Origin: Rickettsiales bacterium
GTDB taxonomy: Bacteria > Pseudomonadota > Alphaproteobacteria > Rickettsiales > UBA1997
NCBI GenBank assembly: GCA_023262945.1
Contig: JALQXY010000123.1
Span: 1 to 33,220 of the forward strand
Direction: 5' to 3'
Length of the DNA stretch: 33,220 nucleotides
In this document: positions 26,857-33,220 of the stretch, in pieces
How the letters are laid out: each line of letters starts with the position of its first letter
Position numbering within the stretch: position 1 is the first letter of the stretch
Made by a program: the position numbers and the translations under genes
The notes under the pieces: model-generated
What the model was told of the DNA's origin: nothing
The model's database searches: none
The model's input: only the letters and a program-made list of their open reading frames with translations

Positions 26857-26874
26857 TTTTAGAATCTTTAGTAG

Positions 26875-27157
26875 CTTTAAATCCTAACCCGCCAATAGAA
26901 AGTTGGCTTGGTCATTAAATAGGGCTAGATGCGCTATGGCATAATGGTATAATAGCAACTCTTACCTAAAAAAACATATAAAAACTAAACAATCTGACTT
27001 TATCTTTTTGGCTAAAAATTGCAAAAAGCCCTAAGTCCTATAGGCATATGACTTGCATTTTTTACAATTTTTATCTTAAAAAATATTTTGTCATATTGTT
27101 CATTTTTAGATGGTAATTGGTATAAATCAACTTTCTATTGACGGATTTGGGTTAAAT
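26875..27157. repeat. Type-2 palindromic element, copy 2, interrupted by a type-1 element
   Basis: The left arm CTTTAAATCCTAACCCGCCAATAGAAAGTTGGCTTGGTCATTAAAT and the right arm CAACTTTCTATTGACGGATTTGGGTTAAAT are inverted repeats of each other and are homologous to the ends of 1455..1627. The type-1 element 26950..27122 sits between them. Confidence 0.6.
26950..27122 (+). mobile_element. Type-1 MITE-like palindromic element, copy D (nested inside type-2 copy 2)
   Basis: Full-length copy with a somewhat degenerate left repeat (TAATAGCAACTCTTACCTAAAAAA) and the right repeat TTTTTAGATGGTAATTGGTA. TA flanks it on both sides (26948..26949 and 27123..27124). Confidence 0.8.
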
Positions 27158-27235
27158 ACTAAATTCGATGCTATTGTTTAAATTTCATGATTTTTTGGGT
27201 AATTTTAAATAAAATTTGATTATAATTTACAATCA

Positions 27236-28009
27236 TTAACAAAAGTTTTTGGCCAATATTTCCTTTGCAAGCATTTTGTAAGCGATGGATCCTTGGCATT
27301 TTGGGTCATATATTAAAGCTGGCTTTCCATATGACGGAGCTTCAGAAAGTCTAACGTTTCGTGGTACTATATTTTTAAAAACTTTATCTCCTAGGTAATT
27401 TCTTACATCAATTTCAACGGCTTCAGTTAATTTGTTTCTACAGTCATGCATGGTTAAAACTATGCCAGCTATCTTTAATTGATAGTTAAGGTTGTTTTTT
27501 ACCAATTCTAGCGTTGTTAACAAATGACTAAGGCCTTCTAAGCTAAAAAATTCACATTGCATCGGAATTAATACGTAATCTGAGGCAACTAAGCTATTAA
27601 TTGTCAAAACACCCAGCGATGGAGGACAGTCTATTAATATATAATCAAATTCATTTTTGATTTTTTCTAGATTATTTTTTAAGATAAAGTTTTTTCCTTC
27701 GATATTAACAAACTCAAGCTCTATTGCCGATAAATCAACAGTTGAGGTTATTATCTTGAGATTTTTTATTCTAGTTGGTATTATAGAGTTTTTTATTTCG
27801 TAATTTCCTATCAAAACATCATATATGGTATTTTGTCTCTCATTGTAAGCAATTCCCATTCCCGTACTAGCATTGCCCTGTGGATCTATGTCGACAATTA
27901 GAACCTTTTTTTTCGACTTGGCTAGAGCTGTAGCAAGATTTACAGCTGTGGTTGTTTTTCCTACACCCCCTTTTTGATTAACTATAGAAAATATTTTTGC
28001 TAAACTCAT
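27236..28009 (-). CDS. parA: Chromosome partitioning ATPase ParA/Soj
   Basis: 257 aa with the deviant Walker A motif NQKGGVGKTTTAVNLA and the blocks DIDPQGNAS and IDCPPSLG. Confidence 0.92.
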   Translation of the reverse strand: MSLAKIFSIVNQKGGVGKTTTAVNLATALAKSKKKVLIVDIDPQGNASTGMGIAYNERQNTIYDVLIGNYEIKNSIIPTRIKNLKIITSTVDLSAIELEFVNIEGKNFILKNNLEKIKNEFDYILIDCPPSLGVLTINSLVASDYVLIPMQCEFFSLEGLSHLLTTLELVKNNLNYQLKIAGIVLTMHDCRNKLTEAVEIDVRNYLGDKVFKNIVPRNVRLSEAPSYGKPALIYDPKCQGSIAYKMLAKEILAKNFC

Positions 28010-28132
28010 TAATGTTGTCTAAAAATGTTAATTATTGATATCTTCAAAAGATAACTTTGTATTAAAAGCCCTTATAAATCAACGAAATTTGTTAATTTTA
28101 TTTATAATTAATTTATTTTATTTGCAGCAATG

Positions 28133-28297
28133 CTAATTCTCATCTAAAAACATATAAAAACTAAACAGCCTGACTTTATCTTTTTGGCTAAAAATTGCAA
28201 AAAGCCCTAAGTCCTATAGGCATAGGACTTGCATTTTTTACAATTTTTATCTCAAAAATATCTCGTTATATTGTTCATTTTTAGATGGGAATTGGTA
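28133..28297 (+). mobile_element. Type-1 MITE-like palindromic element, copy E
   Basis: Near-identical interior to copies A and D. The left repeat is shortened (CTAATTCTCATCTAAAAA). The right repeat TTTTTAGATGGGAATTGGTA is followed by TA. A perfect 9-bp stem, AAGTCCTAT/ATAGGACTT, spans 28209..28230 and is followed by GCATTTTTT. Confidence 0.8.
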
Positions 28298-28475
28298 TAA
28301 GTTGCAAATTACTTGAAAGCTAAAACTTTCTACATCATTTGTGTCATTATTTTTATTTTTTTAATTCGCGATCTTGATACACTAATTTGAATTTACATAG
28401 ATCTTTTAGATTCTAATCTTGTTTTTGTCTAGAAATTATAAAAAGCCTTAAAATTTGTTAATTAAAAATCATAAA

Positions 28476-28491
28476 TGTTTCACGTGAAACA
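28476..28491. promoter_or_regulatory. parS: parS centromere site 2 (TGTTTCACGTGAAACA)
   Basis: Perfect 16-bp palindrome in the tadA-parA spacer. Confidence 0.85.
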
Positions 28492-28575
28492 TTTGTTGAT
28501 TCGTTTTTAATAGATGCTTGCATTAATTGCGAAGATCTTTTTTTGCGTAAAGATCAATTTTGACAAAAATTACAG

Positions 28576-28591
28576 TGTTTCACGTGAAACA
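28576..28591. promoter_or_regulatory. parS: parS centromere site 3 (TGTTTCACGTGAAACA)
   Basis: Perfect 16-bp palindrome exactly 100 bp from site 2. It ends one base before the tadA stop codon (28592..28594). Confidence 0.85.
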
Positions 28592-29041
28592 TTATCGTTT
28601 ATCTTTAAAAAAAGACTGTATTAATCGTAAAGATTCATTTTCACATAAAGAAGAATATATCTCGGCTTTGTAATAGGATGGATAGTTGCTAAATATGCCG
28701 TTACCATTTTCATAAGCGCCAAATTTTTTATCTGCTAGAGCATAATATACTCTTTTTATTTTAGCTAGAGCTATGGCGGTGGCACACATTAAGCAGGGTT
28801 CTAAAGTTATATAAATAAAACAATCATCCAGTCTCGAGGTTTTTAGTTTTTTGCAGGCTTTTCTTAAAGCATCAATCTCTGCATGTGACGTGCAGTCATT
28901 TTTTTTATGATTTTTATTGTGAGATCTGGCAATTATTTTATTATTCAATACTACTACCGCACCAACGGGAACTTCGTCGATTTTTAAGGCTTTTTCAGCT
29001 TCTATAAGAGCTGTTTTCATAAAATTATTATGTAGTAACAT
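28592..29041 (-). CDS. tadA: tRNA-specific adenosine deaminase
   Basis: 149 aa with the zinc-binding deaminase motifs HAEIDALRKA and PCLMCATAI. Size and layout are typical of TadA. Confidence 0.85.
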   Translation of the reverse strand: MLLHNNFMKTALIEAEKALKIDEVPVGAVVVLNNKIIARSHNKNHKKNDCTSHAEIDALRKACKKLKTSRLDDCFIYITLEPCLMCATAIALAKIKRVYYALADKKFGAYENGNGIFSNYPSYYKAEIYSSLCENESLRLIQSFFKDKR

Positions 29042-29042
29042 T

Positions 29043-29837
29043 TTATATTGCTAATGCTTTAGTAAATAGTTTATGAAAATTATTTGTGGTATTTGTTTTG
29101 ATTGTTTCACGTGAAACATTTTTTAAAGTAGCTATAAAATCAACGATATATTTAGTAAAAGCTGGCTGATTTATTTTGCCACGATTGGGGGATGGAGCTA
29201 AATAAGGGGAGTCAGTTTCGACTAATATTCGATCTAAAGGGATAAATTTAACCAATTCCTGCAACTCTTTAGCGTTTTTAAAGGTAACAATTCCCGAGAT
29301 AGAAATATACATTCCTAGATCTAGAGCTGTTTTTGCTAAAGATTTTGTACTTGAGAAGCAATGTATCAATGCTGGAAACGATTTATTTTTTTGTTCGCTT
29401 TGCAGTATGTCTGCCATATCTTTGTCTGAATTACGATTGTGAATTATGGTAGGTAGTTGCGATTGCTGAGAAGATTTGATATGCTCAATAAAGCTATCTT
29501 GTTGCTTTTTGATAAAGGAGGTATCATGATAATAATCAAGGCCAGTTTCTCCTATTCCAATAATTTTAGGATTTTGCTGGATAATTGACAATATTTGCTG
29601 CGAAGAGTAGATCCCTTCTTGATTAACGTTGCATGGATGAACCCCAACCGAGGCGTAGATATTTTTGTATTTATTAGCGAAGTAGATAATGTTATCAATT
29701 TCAGAAATCTTAGTGCAAATAGTTTGTAACAATCTGACATCATTTTCTTGAGCATTTTTTACAATTTCATCGATATTAAAGCCTTTTTCTAAAATTAGAT
29801 CTAAGTGACAATGGCTATCAACAATATAATTATTCAT
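29043..29837 (-). CDS. tatD: TatD-family metal-dependent hydrolase (DNase)
   Basis: 264 aa with the N-terminal motif DSHCHLD, then GVHP, GETGLDY, IHNR/IHCF and ETDSPYL. Confidence 0.88.
   Translation of the reverse strand: MNNYIVDSHCHLDLILEKGFNIDEIVKNAQENDVRLLQTICTKISEIDNIIYFANKYKNIYASVGVHPCNVNQEGIYSSQQILSIIQQNPKIIGIGETGLDYYHDTSFIKKQQDSFIEHIKSSQQSQLPTIIHNRNSDKDMADILQSEQKNKSFPALIHCFSSTKSLAKTALDLGMYISISGIVTFKNAKELQELVKFIPLDRILVETDSPYLAPSPNRGKINQPAFTKYIVDFIATLKNVSRETIKTNTTNNFHKLFTKALAI
29103..29118. promoter_or_regulatory. parS: parS centromere site 4, embedded in the tatD coding sequence
   Basis: Perfect TGTTTCACGTGAAACA. On the coding (minus) strand, GTT TCA CGT GAA ACA encodes V-S-R-E-T within the TatD segment KNVSRETIK. 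Confidence 0.8.
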
Positions 29838-30336
29838 TTAATTCCCTTATTTTACTTGAAGAAATATTCATTTTGGAGCAGCTGATAATCAGCGGATGTT
29901 TTTGATTTAGAAATTTCCAACATCTTGCTTTTCTAATGTGTATTAAATAATTATCTCTGGCAAATACCGCAATCCTAACATTTTTTATGAACTCTTGATA
30001 TCTGTACCAGTTATGTAAATTTGAAATATTATCAGCGCCCATGATCCAGTAAAAATCAACATTGTTAAATTTTAACTTTAGAGATCTTATTAGATTTGTA
30101 GCATAAAAGTACTTGATATTCTTGATTTTGATATGAGGATATTCTTTTGTTTTTTCTTTGCATAATGTAACTCTGTTATCATAATTTGCTGGCATGTTGT
30201 TCTTTAGAGGATTTTGCAGGGTTGGTATCCACCATATTTGTTTTAGATTTAATCTTTTTTTACTTTCATGGCTAATATATATATGCCCTTTATGAGGAGG
30301 GTCAAAACTGCCACCTAATATACCTATTTTAATCAT
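29830..30336 (-). CDS. nadD: Nicotinate-nucleotide adenylyltransferase
   Basis: 168 aa with the N-terminal nucleotidyltransferase motif GILGGSFDPPHKGHIYI and the C-terminal ISSSKIR motif. It overlaps the tatD start by 8 bp. Confidence 0.85.
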   Translation of the reverse strand: MIKIGILGGSFDPPHKGHIYISHESKKRLNLKQIWWIPTLQNPLKNNMPANYDNRVTLCKEKTKEYPHIKIKNIKYFYATNLIRSLKLKFNNVDFYWIMGADNISNLHNWYRYQEFIKNVRIAVFARDNYLIHIRKARCWKFLNQKHPLIISCSKMNISSSKIRELNE

Positions 30337-30339
30337 AAA

Positions 30340-31185
30340 TTAAGAAAAAATCAAAGATAGTAGCATTATTAAGCCAAATATAATATTGTAATTAAATAAT
30401 TTAAGACAATTTTGCGGATTTTTATAATCGCATTTTTTAATTTTATTAATAATTATTAAGAAATTTATTGCTGTTATCACGAAAAAAATGCTACTAAAGT
30501 TATTTAAGTAACCTAGATAAAATAACATTGCGGCCATTATTATTGCTAGGGTAAGAAAAAATGACTTTGGTGATTTTTGTAATTTTAAAGCCATGGATTT
30601 AACTCCAGCAGATAAATCCCCTTCTATATCTTGAAAGGCGTAAACCGTATCATAGAATATAGTCCACAAGATGCATATAAGATAAAGTAGACAAATGTCA
30701 TACGAAATGACATGATCTAGCGCTAGGCTGGCCATTACTACGCCAAAATTAATAGTAATGCCAAGAAATATTTGCGGATAATATGTTATTCTTTTCATTA
30801 ATGGGTAAATGGCAATAAAAGATATAATAAAAAAGCCACTTAGAATTGTATATTTATTAAATTGTAGTAATATTAAAAATGAAATAAATAGCAAAATAAC
30901 CAATAAAAACATAGCTCTTTTTTTTGATATCTTTCCATTCGCTATAGGCCTGTTTGATGTTCTAGAGATCTTTCTATCAAATTTGTAATCCATGATATCA
31001 TTTATTATGCAACCGGCACTTCTCATTAAAAGCGATCCCAGAAAAAACAATGTGATCAGTTTTGATTCTTGTAAAAAATCAATTTTTTTAATAAGTGATA
31101 TAGCAAACAAGCAGGGTAAGAATAGTAAAAGGGTGCCGGTAGGCTTGTTAAATCTAATTAGCTGCAAATAAGAAATTATTTTCAT
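30340..31185 (-). CDS. ubiA: 4-hydroxybenzoate polyprenyltransferase (UbiA family)
   Basis: 281 aa and polytopic. It has the first aspartate-rich motif NDIMDYKFDRKISRTSNRPIANG and the second motif YAFQDIEGD. Confidence 0.85.
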   Translation of the reverse strand: MKIISYLQLIRFNKPTGTLLLFLPCLFAISLIKKIDFLQESKLITLFFLGSLLMRSAGCIINDIMDYKFDRKISRTSNRPIANGKISKKRAMFLLVILLFISFLILLQFNKYTILSGFFIISFIAIYPLMKRITYYPQIFLGITINFGVVMASLALDHVISYDICLLYLICILWTIFYDTVYAFQDIEGDLSAGVKSMALKLQKSPKSFFLTLAIIMAAMLFYLGYLNNFSSIFFVITAINFLIIINKIKKCDYKNPQNCLKLFNYNIIFGLIMLLSLIFS

Positions 31186-31333
31186 TTGTATTGTAAATAT
31201 TGATTTGATTTTCTTTTATATTAACCTAAAAAATACTTTATTAAAAACTCAATTAAAAACAAAACAATTTTAGTTGTAAAAAGGTCTTTTAAGATAAGAG
31301 TCGTTATAATGATTAAATCAATTAATAATTAAA

Positions 31334-33220
31334 ATGCATAAGTTACTAGTAGCAAATAGAGGAGAAATAGCCTGTAGAATAATAAAAAGTTGCAAGAAGA
31401 TGGGCATTAAAACCGTGGCTATATATTCTGACGCTGATACAAACTCTCTTTTTGTGCAAATGGCGGACGAGGCTTATAACATTGGCCCTTCGCCTTCATC
31501 ACAAAGCTATCTTAATATTGCAACCATAGTTGAGGTAGTAAAAAAGTCTGGCGCTACATTGGTGCATCCTGGGTATGGATTTTTATCTGAAAATAAAAAA
31601 TTTGCCGAAGCATTAGAGAAGATAAAGGTCAAATTTGTTGGCCCGTCAAGAAGGTCGATTGAAATGATGGGCGACAAGATAGAGTCAAAGAAGATTGCTA
31701 TAAAATCAGGAGTTAATACCGTTCCAGGTCATATGGGGGTTATTGCTGATGACAAAGAGGCGCTTAGAATTGCTAAAAAAATAGGTTTTCCCGTGATGGT
31801 TAAAGCTTCTGCTGGTGGGGGAGGTAAGGGAATGCGCATAGTATGGCAAGCAAAAGATATGAAGGAGGCCTTTTTATCAGCATCTAATGAAGCGCGTAAT
31901 AGTTTTTCTGATGATCGTATTTTTATTGAGAAGTTTATCGAAAATCCAAGGCACATAGAGATCCAGATTGTGGCAGATAAAGCTGGAAACATAGTTTGTC
32001 TTGGTGAAAGAGAGTGTTCAATTCAGCGCAATAATCAAAAAGTTATTGAAGAAGCGCCGAGTCCTTTTATTGATGATAAGACTCGTCAAAAAATGTATAA
32101 ACAATCAAAGGCTTTGGCCGAGGCGGTAAAATACCACTCAGCGGGAACTATAGAGTATATAATGGATAAAAATAAAAATTTCTATTTTTTAGAAATGAAT
32201 ACCAGGCTGCAAGTTGAACATCCTGTCACGGAGCTTGTTACTGGATATGATATTGTAGAGATGATGATCAAAATTGCTCTTGGTGAAAAACTTTCTATTA
32301 AACAGTCAGATGTTAAGCTTAAGGGTTGGGCGATTGAATCAAGGGTTTATGCTGAAGACCCGTCGCGTGGCTTTTTGCCTTCTTCGGGTAGAATAAACCT
32401 TTATATCGAACCACAAAATACAAAAAATGTACGAGTCGACACAGGCGTTTACGCTGGCGGAGAAGTTAGTATGTTTTATGATGCAATGATTGCCAAATTG
32501 TGCTCATATGGCAAGAATCGCATGGAGGCTATACAATATATGCGCCAGGCCTTGAGTAACTATGCTATTGGTGGCGTTTCTCACAATATTAGCTTCCTAG
32601 AAACGATAATGCGCAACGAAAGATTTGTTAAAGGTATGCTAACTACTGGTTTCATCAAAGAAGAGTTTCCAGAAGGGTTCTGTGGTAATGAAATTGATGA
32701 TCATTGTCAAGAAGCTTTTATTTCTGGAGCTATGTTCATTTTTCTAAAAAATTATGAAAGAAATGCTTCTACGAGTGGTCAGTTGAGTAATAGAGAAAAG
32801 CAAATTTCTGAAAGATGGGTGGTTAATATTGATGATAGGTCTTATTTGGTTAATATTGTTGAAAAGGGCGAGGAGTATCTCAAATTAGAATGTGATAAAA
32901 AAGAGTTTTCAATTAAGAGTTCCTGGTATCACGGAGAAAAGCTATTTCGGGGCAATTTAGAAAATATGGAGATTGGTATTAGAATAGTAGAAAATAACAA
33001 TACAGGAAGCTACTTGATGCAATATTCTGGTAATAATGCGTCGGTAAGCGTTTATTCGCCGCGAATTGCTGAATTATCAAAATTTATGCCAAAAATTGAT
33101 AAAAATGCTAAACCTAAAAATCTACTATCTCCGATTACGGGAAAAATTATTAGATTTAAGGTAAAAGAAGGTGACGAGGTTCGTGCTGGTCAAGAATTAG
33201 TTGTTATTGAGGCCATGAAA
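31334..33220 (+). CDS. pccA: Propionyl-/acyl-CoA carboxylase alpha chain (biotin carboxylase plus biotinyl carrier domain), 3' end beyond the window
   Basis: It is not in the ORF track because no stop codon falls inside the window. ATG 31334 opens a 629-codon frame running to the last base. The N-terminus is MHKLLVANRGEIACRIIKSC. Other blocks are the ATP-grasp motif VMVKASAGGGGKGMRIV, EMNTRLQVEHPVTE and GWAIESRVYAEDPSRGFLPSSGR (PCCA-like). The window ends on the biotinylation motif EAMK. Confidence 0.88.
   Translation, partial: MHKLLVANRGEIACRIIKSCKKMGIKTVAIYSDADTNSLFVQMADEAYNIGPSPSSQSYLNIATIVEVVKKSGATLVHPGYGFLSENKKFAEALEKIKVKFVGPSRRSIEMMGDKIESKKIAIKSGVNTVPGHMGVIADDKEALRIAKKIGFPVMVKASAGGGGKGMRIVWQAKDMKEAFLSASNEARNSFSDDRIFIEKFIENPRHIEIQIVADKAGNIVCLGERECSIQRNNQKVIEEAPSPFIDDKTRQKMYKQSKALAEAVKYHSAGTIEYIMDKNKNFYFLEMNTRLQVEHPVTELVTGYDIVEMMIKIALGEKLSIKQSDVKLKGWAIESRVYAEDPSRGFLPSSGRINLYIEPQNTKNVRVDTGVYAGGEVSMFYDAMIAKLCSYGKNRMEAIQYMRQALSNYAIGGVSHNISFLETIMRNERFVKGMLTTGFIKEEFPEGFCGNEIDDHCQEAFISGAMFIFLKNYERNASTSGQLSNREKQISERWVVNIDDRSYLVNIVEKGEEYLKLECDKKEFSIKSSWYHGEKLFRGNLENMEIGIRIVENNNTGSYLMQYSGNNASVSVYSPRIAELSKFMPKIDKNAKPKNLLSPITGKIIRFKVKEGDEVRAGQELVVIEAMK

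Noticed and set aside
27048-27116. 22-codon hydrophobic mini-ORF (MTCIFYNFYLKKYFVILFIFRW) inside type-1 copy D
   Set aside because: The ATG exists only in copy D. Copies A and E read ATAGGAC at that position, so the ORF is not conserved across the family.
31729-31992. 87-aa minus-strand ORF
   Set aside because: It lies antisense to the ATP-grasp core (GGGGKGMRIV) of the pccA-like gene, whose plus-strand frame is open for 629 codons.
1-33220. CRISPR arrays, tRNA, rRNA or tmRNA genes, transposases, integrases, toxin-antitoxin pairs or defence systems
   Set aside because: I saw no regularly spaced direct repeats, no GC-rich cloverleaf-like islands in the spacers, and no ORF with nuclease, integrase or toxin signatures beyond the housekeeping TatD and PolB-like exonuclease. 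A covariance-model scan (tRNAscan-SE or Infernal) would be needed to exclude small RNAs.

Overview
AT-rich (roughly 30% GC by eye), gene-dense chromosomal segment with an alphaproteobacterial, reduced-genome (Rickettsiales/Holosporales-like) gene set. I cannot name the organism. Almost all long ORFs are recognisable housekeeping genes: NRAMP-like transporter, qor, PolB-like exonuclease, AGCS symporter, queD, hemE, rpmE, nuoG, ssb, aroB, aroK, BI-1, NDUFS4-like, gshA-like, rluB-like, leuS, dxs, asd, hisC, parB, parA, tadA, tatD, nadD, ubiA. A 3'-open pccA-like gene is missing from the ORF track. By eye I found no rRNA, tRNA, CRISPR array, transposase, prophage or defence island. The unusual content is non-coding. 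(1) A roughly 170-bp element with terminal inverted repeats (MITE-like, 'type 1') occurs five times in both orientations. It sits flush against stop codons and carries a terminator-like hairpin that reads on either strand. (2) A second palindromic element family ('type 2') has two copies, and one of them is interrupted by a type-1 copy. That nested pair lies inside the parA-parB spacer and splits the operon by 436 bp. (3) Four perfect 16-bp parS palindromes (TGTTTCACGTGAAACA) cluster around parAB, one of them inside the tatD coding sequence. (4) The 251-bp spacer upstream of hemE is packed with GTTAA motifs, including two TTAA-N7-TTAA (CtrA-box-like) pairs. Given the known hemE-origin linkage in alphaproteobacteria, this spacer is a candidate Cori-type origin or cell-cycle control region. 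(5) Next to hemE is a PopZ-like (DUF2497-type) gene whose acidic linker is greatly expanded and internally duplicated. It is followed by a 544-bp gene-free, extremely AT-rich spacer with a T15 tract and flanking direct repeats. All calls come from reading the sequence and from remembered family motifs. No database search was run.
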